From Lingula anatina (taxonomy: Eukaryota > Animalia > Brachiopoda), in the NCBI GenBank assembly GCA_051362555.1, contig CM120649.1, positions 2,170,001 through 2,234,000 on the forward strand: DNA of 64,000 nucleotides. Reading direction: 5' to 3'. Below the pieces are notes generated by a model. It made no database searches. It saw nothing but the letters and a program-made list of their open reading frames with translations, and had not been told where the DNA came from. Made by a program: the position numbers and the translations under genes. Shown here in pieces: positions 37,506 through 51,576 of this stretch. The first letter of the stretch is position 1. Each line of letters begins with the position of its first letter.

Positions 37506-37984
37506 AAGACACGTGTAGTGTGTTTGCTTTTCTGCAAATGCCATCCAGTAGAGAAGCAGTGTATATGGTTTTCTTTTTCTTCATCCTAAAGTATATCATT
37601 CTATTTGCTTCCTCATAACCAAAATTCAGAAATTCAAAAACCTTCAGGGAATTAATATTTGCTCTGTTGTTACTTATAAATTCACCGCTTATTTACCGAG
37701 TACTCAGTTGTGCTACAATAGTGAGTCAGTTATTCTAGTTATTTTACTCTGTGATATCACATCAGCAAATCAGCAAAATATAGGGTATTTATATTCTGTG
37801 TAAGACAAACAGTTCATATATTATATTTTACACTTACATGCTACAGAATTTAACTTTGATTTGTTTCATTGGTTGTATTTGGTCTAGATCTGTTAAGTTT
37901 TAGTTTTAGAGCAACAGCTTTTCAATCAAATTACATTTTATTATGCCCAAAAGATAAATTAATACTACGCACTATTTTCTGTGA

Positions 37985-38808
37985 TAGAAATGAGATGTCT
38001 TTTCTGGCATCTAAGATAATTTTGTTAAAAACCTTTCAAATTATCCATGCCATCTCTCTCGGCAAAGTATTGTTATTTTGTTTAGTGAAATGACGTTAGT
38101 GTTAGAAAAGAGACGCCTCTGGTGTCTAAGATATTTTTGTTTAAAATCTTTCAAATTTTTCATGTCACCTTTCTCGGCAAAGTCCTGTTATTTAGTTTTG
38201 CTAAAATCAAGTGTTAAGAATGAGGTGTTTTTTCTGGCATCTTGGATATTATTGCTTAAAATTTTTCAAATTTTTCATGTCACCTTTCTCGGCAAAGTAG
38301 CTATTTTGCTTGCTAAATTTCGTGAGTGTTAGAAAAGAGATGCCTTTTCTAGTGTCTAAGATTTTTTTGTTTAAAATCTTTTAAATTATTCATGTCACAT
38401 TTCTCGGCAAAATACTGTTATTTAGTTTTACTAAATTGCGTAAGTGTTACAAACGAGACGCCTTTTCTGGTATCTGAGATATATATATTTTTAAATCTTT
38501 TAAATTATTCATGTCACCTTTCTCGGCAAAGTACTGTTATTTAGTTTTGCTAAATTGCGTAAGTGTTACAAACGAGATGCCTTTTGTGGTACCTGAGGTA
38601 TTTTTGTTTAAAATCTTTTAAATTATTCATGTCACATTTCTCGGCAAAGTACTATTATATTATTTTGTTTGCTAAATGGCGTAAGTGTTAGAAACGAGAC
38701 GCCTTTTCTGGTATCTGAGATATATATTTTTTTTAATATTCAGATTATTCATGTCACCTTTCTTGGCAAATTACTGTTATTTTGTTTGATAAATTACTTA
38801 AGTGTTAG
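37985..38808. repeat. Tandem array, about 7 copies of a ~118-120 bp unit
   Basis: Recurring CATGTCACCTTTCTCGGCAAAGTACTGTTATT and GTGTTAGAAA.GAGA.GCCTTTTCTGG motifs. Confidence 0.92.
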
Positions 38809-40324
38809 TTGATTTAATGATCTTGCGAACCATTGAAAATAACTGAACTAGTATGACCTAGAATATCTTGTAGCCAGTTAGTTCTGGGTGTCATTGTACT
38901 GAAAACATGTAAAACGCATTGTATTGTCTGTGAATACTGTACGTCAACCGGGCATGTAACCAAAAATCTGTCCTTGTATTCACTTTAGTTGATCCTTAAG
39001 TTGTACAAATTCGGAAAATTTATGGCATTTCAAGACGTTAAATTGGATTTTACCTCGTTAAGCAACTTGCCATTCCAAGCGCGGGGGCACCATTGAGAAT
39101 AATGCGCTCTTTAAAATGTCAAAACGGGGTGGAAGCAATCCTTGTGGCGTCTGTTGTCGACTACCAGGTCGCTGTAAGTGGAGGTGTGAAGAGTCGAGGT
39201 TTGATCACGGCGTCGTGGCTCGCGCTTGGCGACCTCTTCAAGCGACCCAGGCGCTGTTCCGGTCGAGGACTGTCTTGTATGCCGGACCATGGAAGTCTTA
39301 TACAGGCTGTCCTCGTGGTGTGACGGCACTGGGTTGTTCAGCTTTGCTGACACTGGGGTGTCCTAGCTTGTGGACACTTTGTTGTTGAGGTCAAAGAGTA
39401 ACAATGTGTGAGAATTTTGGCCCGGATCATCGAGATTTGCACGTGACTTGGGAAAGGCGGCAGCGCTGCCGGGAGAACCGAGATTCTGTGGCGATGTTTT
39501 TTTAGAGAACGTTTGCATCTTTGGAGCATCTGCTGCTTGTAGTGACATTTGGCTTGGCGGGGGAAAGTCTAGTTTTGCGAAATGAGATATAATTTCATGA
39601 ATTTTACATCTTACATTTTTTGGCATTGTATTTCAATAAAATCACTGATCTTACTCATTTGAAATTTGTGTTTAAAATTATGATTTGAAGCACCACAAAA
39701 TGCATGCAAATCAAGCTATTTTGTCAGTCCACAATGGAAGCTTATGACCAAAATTTTAAGGTGAAACTGAAAAATTACATCTTTTTACATCTAAAATACA
39801 TCGTGACTTTTAATCACAAGTAATCAAATTTTGTTTATATTTGATCTCTATCTTTATCACGTACTCCGTCATTCAAAGTTTTACTGGCAAAATTGCAAAA
39901 TTTTCAAAACTTTTTGTTATTAAAGCAAGAGTGATCAAAGTCTCGCAACATTGCCTTTAAAAGCAAACCCCTCTTCGTTGTTTGTCGATATATTCATTTC
40001 TTTAAGTTGGCTTTTCAAAGTTATCGAGCTTGAAAAAATTCAAAAAACGAAATTGATATTTATGGCATAATGTTTATTCGTATGCTATAAATATGTCTCC
40101 GCATACTGACAAGTACAGACCAAATACTGGTCCTTATTCTACATATTGTATGACATCATACAGAGAAATATGTATATTCAAATACATATGTATAGAAATG
40201 CACACATATGGTTCATTGTGATACAGTGCATACACTGTAAAGTATAGTTACGCATGTGAGTAATCATTTGTATGAAAATATAGATCTATGCGACATTTAA
40301 AATATACTTTGACATGGAGATGGG

Positions 40325-40430
40325 TATCTCTAAACAGACTGTTCAGGAATCCTAAACAATTTCAAAAATACTTAGCTTTGTACAATTGACTCACATTTTC
40401 TACGAAACGACAAATTAAAAATAATCCTTA

Positions 40431-40471
<41 letters not shown>

Positions 40472-41755
40472 ACTGCCTAGTGCAATTTTGACAATGTATA
40501 CTGCTGGTTTCACTGTCTATGTATTGCACCGTCCATCAGTGTGTAAAATCTATCATTTCTTATGCGTAAACTTTCTAAATCAAAATCAAAGCAGTGCATG
40601 ATCCTAATACGCATTTTGTAGTACAATGGAAAAACAAATTTTGTGCATATAACCATTAATATCATCACTAAACATATCACTAAACAGACCGTTCAGTGAT
40701 CCTAAAAAAAATTTAAATACCTAGACTTGTACAACTGACTCACATTTCATACATATCGACCAATTTTCGAAGATCACTTTTTTTATCTGTATTTGATTGT
40801 CTAGTGCAATTTGACGAAGCATACTGCAGGCTTCACTGTCTATGTAATCATTTCTTATGCGTAAACTTTCTAAAACAAAATCAAAGCAGTGCATGATCCT
40901 AATACGCATTTTGTACTACAATGGTTAAAAAACAAAATTTGGCATATAACCATTAATATGAATCATCATTAAACAGACTGTTCAGTGATACTAAAAAAAA
41001 TTAAATACTTAGACTTTTAGAATTGACTCACATTTTCTACATACCGACCAATTTAAAATTTTTTTTATTATTTTTTTTTCATTTGTAATTGACTGTCTTG
41101 CGCAATTTTGACGATGTATACTGCTGGCTTCACCGTCTATGTAATATTTTTCTAAAAGTCACATTAACATAAAATTGACTTTGTAACAGATATATATGTA
41201 TATGTATTGCACCGTCCATCAGTGTGTAGAATCCATCATTTCTTATGCGTAAACTTTCTAAAATAAAATCAAAACAGAGCATGATCCTAATACGCATTTT
41301 GTAGTACAATGGAAAAACAAAATTTGACATATAACCATTAATATATGGATCATCACTGACCAGGCTGCTCAGTGATCCTAAAAAAATTAAAAATGCGTAG
41401 ACTTGTTCAATTGTCTCACATTTACTACATACCGACCTATTTAAGAAAATCCTAATCCTTTTTTTTTTTTTTTTCATTTGTAATTGACTGTCTAGTGCAA
41501 TTTTGACGATATATATACTGCTGGATTCACCGTCTATGTAATCTTTTCTAAAAGTCACATTTACATAAAATTGACCTTGTAACAAATATATATGTATAGA
41601 TATTGCACAGTCCATAGGTGTGTAAAATCCATCATTTCTTATGCGTAAACTTTCTAAAATAAAATCAAAGCAGAGCATGATCCTAATACGCATTTTACAG
41701 TACAATGGAAAAATAAAATTTGACATCTAACCATTGATATGTGAATTATCACTAT
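40325..41755. repeat. Tandem array, about four 290-390 bp units with internal deletions
   Basis: Recurring TCATTTCTTATGCGTAAACTTTCTAAA...GCATGATCCTAATACGCATTTT at ~40555, ~40850, ~41236 and ~41632. Confidence 0.9.
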
Positions 41756-42013
41756 GATCTTTTACACTGAGAGCATTCACATGGAAAACTCAATACTAGA
41801 TATGTACCTATAAATATGTGAATAATCTTTTACATGGTGAGCGTCCATGCAGATAACGGTACACAGAAACCCCATGCTTTCAGTTCTTAAGTCGAAGAAC
41901 CCATGCAGATGGAAACAATGATCGTGAGGGTTGTTTTAAAAATTAAAAGAATTTTAGATATACAAATGACAAACCGGCCAACTCTCAGTGGTAGACGCAA
42001 TGTATACTCCAGT

Positions 42014-43717
42014 TCATGCACTACGAGAGTTGTGAAATTCAACGGCAAATCCACTGTCCAAAACCTGCATGGTATTCCTGCCAACGCATTCAAGTCCAAC
42101 AAAGTCTCTAACGACAGATGCGCTGCTGTTTCCGCTTGTAGTAACAAAGCCGCCGGCACACCGAGACTCCTGCATAGCAACATTCCTCCTACTCCTATAT
42201 CTATGTCTTCGGCGACGACTGTGACTAGGGACTCGCGGATGTTCCTCCTCAACGAAGAAACTTCTCAATTTAAACATGATGAAGTCCCAAATTTTTCCCA
42301 ATGTTTCCTCTTTCCCTGTGTCTATGTAGTCACTCACAAGTTTGTGCAGTCTGCGATACTGCAGGGCCCGGGTGCAAGGTCCGTATGGAATAGGGCCGTC
42401 TGAAATTTAATACAAAACGTGAACTATTTTTTTATCAGATTTACACTGTAGTGAATTATATTGTGTTGTTAATTAGAAAAATGCACTGCAGCGAAAAAAA
42501 ATTTCAAAAAAGGCCTACAGGAAAAAACTTGAAGTCTAAACGAAAGTTGTTTTTTTATTTAAATTTAAAAAATGTCAACACAAAGAATATATGACACAGA
42601 CCATTCATTATATTTATCATTTATCAATTCCCAAGAATTTTTTTAAATTAATGATATAAAAGAATCGAACTCGACACACAGATAACTTAGGCCTACCATA
42701 ATATGTAACATCCCTGTGGCAAGCTTGGGGCAGCAACAGTTTTATCAGGCGTTTCTGAGTCCGATGCACCCTCTGGCCAACATTCATCTCTTTCAATGCG
42801 CAGAAAATTTCTTCCCTGCGGGATAGTTCTTCCTGTAGCTTGGACAGAGCGATGAGACTTGTGTCGCCTTCCTCCAAGTATTGGCTGAAACAGAGAAGCA
42901 CTTGGAATAAACGCTATGTTTGTCCCCTGAGATTGAGAATATACCAGTGAACGGGTCTACCGTCCGGAAATAATCAGTAAGTAAATTACTTTTACGTTTA
43001 GATGAAATAGCACGAGTCCCACTCAACCCCTGCCTCAGACCCGTAACATTTTCCCCAAATTGCCGACAACATTACCCGGAGTGACTTCAAATAAGCCTCG
43101 AGAAAAAAAAGCATTTTGTGCATCACACTCTCAAAGAAAAACCTCACCTGTACCAACGTGACCCTTCAACCTCGGGCATCAAATGAAACCAAGCATTTTT
43201 CTGAACCATCCTCTTTACCGCCATCTGGCGGATCAAGATATCCGCCCCGTAGGTCCACAACTGATTCATCCAACACACCACTTCCTCCTTGGCTCTACCA
43301 GGGTCCCACAGAGCACCGTAAGGACTCTGGCGATAATGCAAGTCCCAGAGAAAAGAGGTGTACAATGTCTGCACTTCGTAATACCGCTGTCCAAGTGACT
43401 CGTAGTGCTCTAGTGAGTCCAAGTCGTACTCGTTGAACAAGCACCACGATTTGTACTGTTGGTCCACAACGCTGTATAAGTCGGCACAGTTGTTCATGTA
43501 CCTCAATACGCTGTCGAGGTCTGAAAAAGACGTATCGGGTAATATGTATTGTTCAATCGCAGTGGCTTTTGACAAACTTCGCCAAATACATAATCAATTC
43601 AATTCAATTCAAATCAATTCAATTCAATGCAATTTTTACTCACACCTGAAGTTTTGTCGTATCAGCATTTAATTTACGAAGGTATTCCTTGAAAATAACA
43701 TAACAACAAAAATACAA

Positions 43718-43752
<35 letters not shown>

Positions 43753-45861
43753 ATACAATAAATAAACAGCTAAATAAATAACAATTATTTCTATTTTTAC
43801 CGAATTCTCCACTTCGAATCTTGGCCTTGTTTGTCATCAAGAATGGGTGGGTTTTGAATAAGTGATCCATTAGCATATCCACGATGGGCCCCTGTCCCAG
43901 GTTCAATTCTTCGGCCATATCGTACAGTTCGTCGACCTCGTCTCCATCTTTAACAAAACAAGACAATTAAATCAAAATCAAAACAAATAAGAGACACCTC
44001 TTCAGGAAAAATCTAGCATTTCTAATAATTGAAACAGAAGTGTTAAATTGATTTCAGAAACAATCAATCAATCTTTAAAGGAGGAGTGTTTGTTGTTACC
44101 TAATATTTGAACGTCACGTATGGCCTTAAATATGGGTGTGTCAGCCGACCTGTGACCCTCCAACAGTCGAGCCAGTGTCCTTATTTCTACTGTCTGTACG
44201 CAAGCATCGTAAAGAGCTTCTATTATGATGTAATCTGTAATAGTAAAGATGTTCTTTTTAAGATATAATACAAAATTCTTAACTTATCACATTACACATT
44301 ACAGGTACACAGTACAGAATTTTCCCCGCGAAAAACGAACTTACATAATTTTACTGGGGAAAATGGTGATTTCCTTTGTGCCATCAACATTTGCTCCTTT
44401 TCATTCGCCATGACTTTCAGATTCTGCACGCTTTAAAACTGTGTCAAAATGGTTGACAGGAGGAGAGATACATCGGGAAGTGGTAATTTGATTTTTCTCT
44501 TTGCGACATGAAATCATGGCATATACGTTAATATCTTATTTAAGGGGGTTTACTCGTCCCCAGATTCGTTAAAATGGTTTATGTATTTCACTTGAGTTCA
44601 AAAGCCCACACTTCACCACTTGAATAAAGAAATTTGAGAAAAATGTACGATGAAATTGGAAGATGAATGTACACATTGCTTCTATATATCAGACATACAT
44701 ATAATTATTTTCATGTCCTAAAATCACTAGGCATAGCGATCATTTTTTAAAAAACACTTTGGTATTTAGCCTAAATCATATCCCCACATCGATGTATTCA
44801 CAGAACGAGTTCGTATTAAGGTAAGCTACTCACTATCTGTTAAGCATTCCATGTAATAGTCGTAAAACTTGACATCACAACCGGGGCGGTTCATTCGCTG
44901 CCGGTGCAGGGACAGTAGACCACCCCAACTGAGGTCCATGTCTTCTATCGAAGATTCATCTTGATCTAGAATACAAAGATCATAAAGTTTTGATGATGTG
45001 CATAAGACATACGTTTTACTTTTACTTGTTTTTTTTTTCAATCAAAATAATGGGCCCATAAGTAAAACTCCGCTTTGTTAGAATATCTTAAATCAACATG
45101 GATCTGGGCGAATAAACATATATTTACCTTGGAAATAATGCAGCGGAAAGTTGAATAGCTTCAACATTTGGGAGAAAAGGAACTGTTTGCCTCGCTGCCA
45201 GTAGGGGTCTTTAGCATCCAGTGCGTACAGACACGTGATAACCTCTGGATCTCCCGCCATTAACCCTTGGTACTCCTTCTCGTAGATCAGACCTTTTATG
45301 TACTGCAGTTTGTACAGCAGCGCTGACACCATCTTGGGAGCCAGTGCAGGGTCTGGGATTCTCATGAGATATTTACCAAACCCGAAGTCATACACGTTCT
45401 GGAAGTGGTAATTTAAGTTTTGACTTACACGCCATGAAATGCCTCTGGATTTTTTTTTTCAAAAAAGCACCGATAATCGCGGAAAACTGAATGTATCATA
45501 AAAAAATGAAACGTATGTTAAAATTCGTTTGTTTTGAATAGAGAATAGATGCATTGATGTATTATAGTTATCGACTAATACATGGTCTTACCTCAACGTG
45601 TCGCTTCCAAAAGTATGGATCACGGCACAATGCTTGGAACGTCTTACATGTGCGGGAAAATTGAACAAAGCTCTTGGTGTCAAGATGCTGAACAATTTGC
45701 TCCATGAGCTCTGGAGGCAGACTTGTAAGTTGACATGGCGGCTCCTCCTCAGCCTCCAAATATTCAAGACATTTTGTCTTTTTCCAGTGTGGAATAGGAT
45801 CATTCGTGTGTCTGATCCTCTTCTTCGCATGTCCACTGAACGAATTCTCTCTGGTAGTCAT
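42014..45861 (-). CDS. F-box domain protein, about 633 aa, with an unrecognised C-terminal region. Exons 45861-45592, 45398-45128, 44965-44834, 44234-44100, 43947-43801, 43520-43148, 42884-42697, 42399-42014
   Basis: Exon 1 contains LTSLPPELMEQIVQHLDTKSFVQFSRTCKTFQALCRDPYFWK (F-box consensus). Seven GT-AG introns with compatible phases give a 1902-nt open frame. The 3' half of the model is less certain. Confidence 0.78.
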
Positions 45862-45944
45862 GGCTACTTCACTAATATCAAATAAAATTGCTGAAATTTG
45901 CGCGAGAAATAATCCTCGTGACCAAGTCAATATTCTGCTTGGGC

Positions 45945-46050
45945 GTTTAATTGCCTAGCAACGCTTTCCTTGGCAGCGTTACGTCATAATGCGCGCGTGA
46001 TCAAACATTGGTTGTGACGTCTGCGACGTCATTTGGCTGTGCGACGTCAA
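45945..46050 (-). promoter_or_regulatory. Probable F-box gene promoter: RFX X-box-like site plus clustered CRE/ATF-like sites
   Basis: TTGCCTAGCAAC at 45951-45962, and TTACGTCA, TGACGT and two GACGTCA motifs, lying about 90-190 bp upstream of the ATG in a CpG-rich patch. Confidence 0.5.
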
Positions 46051-47431
46051 CTTCTTTGATAACACAAGTCAGAAAAAGTGGAAATTGGCATAGGCTATTG
46101 GATGTAGATCAAGTTCTCTGTTCTGAATGATTTATTTCAATGTCAAAGAGTCATAAATGCACATTCTTCTCCGCTTTAATTTTTAACTCGAAGAGATCTT
46201 GGTTTATACACCTCATTAATACAATTTTAAGAGATTTTTAATAGGTTGTTGTTCATCCATATGGTGAGACTTTTTTCAGTTTTCTATCATCAGTTGGCTG
46301 ATGTGACAGTTGCACTTTGGTGCACGTCATCGGTATTAAAACATGACTCTGCTTTCAATTAAGGGTAATTTAATTTCAGTCATATGAATAAAATACACAT
46401 TCGGAAACTAATGAGACTTTACAAAAATAGGCTTAGAAGGGAGCAGATTTCACATTGTTCTAGAAACTAGAATAAGCCTAAATAGACCTACACTGTTTTT
46501 GCTTCAACGCTATTTTTGCTTTATTTTGCCCCCCCCCCCTCCCCCCCAATCCATAGCCTATGGCATCAAAACGGTACAGGCTAATATTCACTTTTATAGT
46601 AGTAACCTATATCACAATCCCTAGTCTATTTTTTTTATAAAAGTTCTATGGTAGGCCTATTACAGGACTCAGATAACTAAAGGTTATCTTATCGAAACTT
46701 TTTTCCATATAGAAAAATCTGCAATTGTTAAAAAAGCGTTGAATTATTATAACAGTTAACAAACACTATGCATTTATTTATTTATTCCCCCTTCAAGGAT
46801 AAAAGAAATAAAACGTGCAAGACATAAATCACACATAAATAGAGATAAAATCATTCTAATACGCAGTGAGGTAAAATTATACTACAGATATTTACAAAAC
46901 ACATACAAAATTTAGTCGAAGAATAACAGATGAGAAAATTGTCATTGTTATGAAATGCAAAGAAATCGGATCTCTGGTTGCATTAGTTCAGACCTCACTT
47001 GCCAAGAGAGACCTAGACATTACAGTTTACTTATTTATAGTTACATTTCTATTGCACAATTTCACCTATACCCATGTAGATTTACCGGTATACGCTACAA
47101 TGATAACACTTTTCATATACACACACAACGGACAATAGAAGTGTCACCCCTACTGAACCAATACTTTGGGAGAGATAAATGACTGTGAAATGATATGCTC
47201 CTGGTATCATTTTATTAACATCAGCTTTCACAAAAAAAAAAAAAAAAAAAAAAAAAAACTGATTACTCTGATTCAGGGGGTGACACTTCTATTGTCCATT
47301 GCGTGTAGAACAATGTGTAAAAAGAATTAAAACTTTAAATGCTTTAGTTTTAACTAGTTGAAAGATGAATAAAGTTGACCACAGTATTTACAGATTAAAA
47401 ACAGGAAATATCGGTCGACAAGCCTGTCAGA

Positions 47432-50400
47432 TTAAGTCTTCGGGCCCCTACTAACCACGCAGAGCTGGTGGTAAGGGGGGCTGAACGTTGATGCCAAAGT
47501 GCCCTCCTCAAACACAGGAGCTGAAGCGCCGTCTGGGAGACGAAATGTAAACTTCTGCATCAAGGAGGTAAAGAAAAGGAAGAGCTCCATTCTAGCAAGT
47601 GCTGCTCCTACGCAAGATCGTTTACCTGCAAAGATAAATGTTATGCCCATTCGAGATCAAAGCTGTAACTTGTTTATAATAAATTTATATCGGAGCCGAG
47701 ATTTTATCCGTTTGTTAACTCGGCCCCTTCAGGCCTGGCGCGTGGGGTAGGCGGGGGCTTATTCGGCATGGCTTTCAAATGAGGTCGGCCTTATTTGTCC
47801 ACGGATCAGCTAGTCCGCGGATCATCTGTCTTATGTATCTATATCTCTGCCTCTATCTATATATCTCTCTCCTATAAGTCTCCTGTATCTCTCTTTAGCT
47901 GTAGCTCGGTCGCTGCTTTTATACTTGGTTTTAATTTAGATTTAAAATGGACTTCCATATCTGACATGCAACATGCCATGCTTATATACATTTGAATAAA
48001 TTAAAACTTAATTGTAGATTGAATTTACATTAACAAATATGCATATCACATACTTGGAAATCTAACTATCAGTACTATTAATGGCTCACTACATGCAATC
48101 TGTCATGCCTAAATGCATCTTAATAAATGAATTAATTAAACAAATATGCAAATCACTTGAATGCAAGTTTAGACGATGAGTAATATTAACGCTTAAATAA
48201 TACACATTGTCACCAGATGCAAGTCATATTTTTTAAAAAGCTGTCTACAACTCACCTAGAGAAAAAGGGGTAAATACATCGTGGCGTATGGTTCTTCCTC
48301 TCTCGTTCAGATGGCGCTGCGGGTCAAACTTATCGGGATTTGGCCAACATACGGGGTCCGTCATGACAGACCAGAGATTCACAAGTACCATGGTATCTTT
48401 AGGGATGGTGTAGTCATGAAATTCCACGTCTGTTGTGGTAGAATGTGGCACGGCTAATGGAAGGACGTAATTCAGTCGTTGTATTTCCATGATGGTTGCT
48501 TCTGTGTACGGCAGTGCACCTTTGTCTGTAATACTTGGGTTTTGGTCTCCTAAATTTGAGTCAATTTCTTCTTGAACTTTTGCCTGGATTTCAGGGTGCA
48601 ATGCCATATATAGAAAACCCCATCGTAACGTTGTTGTAACGGTCTCAAACCCAGCCATAAAAAGGTCGATAGCGACAGAAATAATTTGGTTTTCGGAAAA
48701 TATGCTATCCAATTTGACGTCTTTTTCTTGTCCATTCGCTTGTATAGAATCATTCAAAGCTGGTTTCTTGTCATTTTCTTTCAATGTCACTTTCTCATCC
48801 ATCTCGTACTGCTTGTACTTCAAAACGTCAGTTTTGTACCAATTGGCAAAAGATTTCATGTGATTTGAATCTACGTGTTTATTGTTTTCCTGTCCTTTGA
48901 ACCATGCAATTACTTGCAAAACCAAACGAGTAGAAACTTCATCGAATTCTTTGAGAACTGGCAACGGAAGCTTTTCCAAAAAGGGAACAAAGTTCACAAC
49001 GTTTAGTTTTGTGTTGAGTTCATACATTTTGTGCACTGTATCCAGAATTCCCTCATATTGGGGGTCGTTGTGTACAAGGCGAAATCCGAAAATTATCCCT
49101 AATGTGATATTGGCTACGGAATCTCGTAGAATCGGAAATATATCGATTGCCTTGCCGCCCGTGTTTGTTAAGTCTTTCATCAGAACCTCCAACTGTGATT
49201 TAAAAATTGCGGATTCCAGATTTGTCCTACCGACCCCGAGTACTCGAAAAAGCCGCATGGTGTAGTGGCGCCTTTCCTCCAGCTGTCTGTCGTAGTTTTC
49301 CACCAAAATACCTGAAAGACATACAACCGTCGTTAATACAGTTGATAAATTTCTCCTCAAATTCTTTAAAAAATCATTTTTCGAAACTAGCACAAAGTTT
49401 AAAAGTAGCTTTAGTCTACCGACATCGTGCATGCAAGTACAAAGGACAAGGGACAAATATGCGTTCAAAACGTCAAACAATTAATAGACAATGTGTTGGT
49501 TCGCTCGGCAAATATAAAAGTGGCCAAATAAGCAAATAGGTCTTTAAAAGCAGAAACGGAAATAAGTTATAGGCGTTATTGTCGACTATTGGAGTTAACA
49601 CAAAGATATCTTCCCTTCAGTACGTTTGTTGGTCACTGGTCACTCGAGGATGCAGTTTCATCTTAACAACACGCTACATGATAATAATAATAATAATAAT
49701 GATCTAGTATAATGGTTATAATGATGCATTATGATAACGATAACTTGGTCCCAGTAGTAATGGCAGGAGTGGCTGCGGAGGATCCCATGTTTAGTGACTT
49801 TGGACAACCTCACTGAAGAGTAGCCACCCGTTGCTCACGCTTCTAGTACATTTATACGGACTTAATTTATCTATGCATCTATCTAGCTATCAATATTATT
49901 CTTTACAGAGCGTGTAGCACGTTGCAAATAGATTTATCTACCAGAAATTGTATTTTTTTTTCGAATAATAAACCGTATTAAGGCAGAGACCTTATTTTTA
50001 ATATAATGTTTTATACTCGTACGTTTTTAAACACTTCAACATACACGTATGATCAAATGTCTGCATAATTAAAGCATTCCATCTTCGTTCATGTAGATAA
50101 TCTATGGCATCTCAAATAATAAACCTACATTAATTTGAAGTTAGACAGCTAAGTACATGTAAGTCATCCAGTGACCCAGACATGCGGCCATTCATTTTAT
50201 ATTCAACCGTGGTAAAGTAAATATTACGACAGAAACCTGGAAGGCGATTTCTTTAAAATAAAGAGCGTCAATTTATACAAATTGCTTAGGCTTGGTGAAA
50301 CTATACGTAACTTCTTTATAAAAAGGTGTGTTATAATTACTGGTTATCAAAATTAGACGTCAGCCGAGGCATGGAGTCAATCTCATACAAATTTGGAATA

Positions 50401-51576
50401 GGGCCCATTTATGCATATCCCTGGATTGTTTAAAAATATGGTCCAAGCATGAAAAATTCAAATAATATTTTAAATATTTTTAATTGAAAATAAGTCACTT
50501 AGAGATTGCCTAATAATGAAATGGTGGTTTGCAACAAGAGAATGGAAAATTCATTGTAGGCACGCAAAGACAATGGAAAGAAAACAAGTAAATGCAGAAG
50601 GGAGAAATAGAGTTTAAATACTTGTGAAATTGTATGAAAAGGGAGTCGGTGAATAAATGTTCGAATGCTCCAAATCGTCGTCATCTCTCACCATAACAAT
50701 ATCAAGACTGAGGTAATTACCCATTCTCCTTCAGTTGTAACCAAGTCTGTCTTAGTGAACAGACGAAACAGGTTATTCAAATAACTGGATCTATCATAAA
50801 TAAAAACTTTTTGACAATCGTTATTATTGTTTTTGTAAAGCTTCAGTCATGGAACGTCGACGATTTTGAATATCTTACAGCATTGCATCCAAAACCCATA
50901 ATTTCCATTCGTTTTCTTTTTTTTTATGTAAGGTCTACACGCCATCACTGAAAAAGCGCCCGACGAACACTTAAGCCCCCTTTACACTGGACGGCGTCCT
51001 TTCTGCGTACTGTAGTACGGTCCTGTTTGAGAGTAAAAAAAATATTATTCAAGTGTCGAAAACTGGCCGATCATTCTGCAACCAAAGCACTTATTACAAC
51101 CACAGTGATGCCAGTGTCATCTGTCTCACAAAGGACGCAGAAAGGACGCCGTCCAGTGTAAAGGGGGTTTTATTAATAGATAGCCCACCTTTATAGCGCA
51201 ACCCCCTGTGGTGCGGCGTCCTAAATGTAAACAGGTCAGGTCGTCCGGCAAAGTCCACCCCGTGCTTGACCAGCGCTTCCTTGATAACGCCAAAGCCGTT
51301 CAAAACAACAACAGGCACCGTCCCGAAACGAACGCTGTAAACATCGCCGTAGGTTTTTGCCCACCTGGTTAGTACAACGTGAGCATCTCTCCCAAGATAT
51401 GGTAAGCAGCCCAATATAGGCAACCCCCAGGGGCCCGGGGGAAGGTTCTTCCTCTGTTTTCCTCGGAAAGTTTGGAAAATCATAAAAATGACCATCACTA
51501 CTAAGGTAAAAACAAGGACAGTCCGAAGCGAGGTATAAAGTATCAGTTGTCGGCAAATGGTCTGCAGCGCACCCAT
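47432..51576 (-). CDS. Cytochrome P450, CYP2 clan, copy 1 (545 aa). Exons 51576-51189, 49311-48256, 47625-47432
   Basis: N-terminal membrane anchor plus PPGPWGLPILG, I-helix AGFETVTT, K-helix EIQR, and heme motif FSLG/KRSCVG spanning intron 2. Both introns are phase 1 GT-AG. Confidence 0.95.
50974..51169. mobile_element. 196-bp MITE (Tourist/Harbinger-like, TTA TSD) in CYP copy 1 intron 1
   Basis: ~35-bp TIR AGCCCCCTTTACACTGGACGGCGTCCTTTCTGCGT with TTA on both sides. Absent from the equivalent position of CYP copy 2. Confidence 0.88.

Noticed and set aside
37985-38808. Regularly spaced repeats (also 54855-56290) as a CRISPR-like array
   Set aside because: Whole units are repeated with no unique spacers, the context is eukaryotic, and there are no cas genes.
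39200-39300. Plus-strand ATQALFR...AGPWKS resembling the C-terminus of a DIRS-type tyrosine recombinase
   Set aside because: The resemblance is short, needs frameshifts, and lacks the catalytic H-x-x-R and Tyr; the minus-strand frame explains the segment better.
41130-41726. 198-aa minus-strand ORF with an internal repeat
   Set aside because: It is a translation of the non-coding tandem array; sister units are interrupted by stops and deletions.
41887-42403. Overlapping 121-aa (-) and 166-aa (+) ORFs
   Set aside because: These are alternative-frame and antisense shadows of the F-box last exon; only the 42014-ending frame is phase-compatible with the upstream exons.
43646-43688. Small AG/GT-bounded segment in F-box intron 5 as an extra exon
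   Set aside because: In the required phase it hits a stop (GIPS*), whereas exon 5 joins exon 6 directly in frame.
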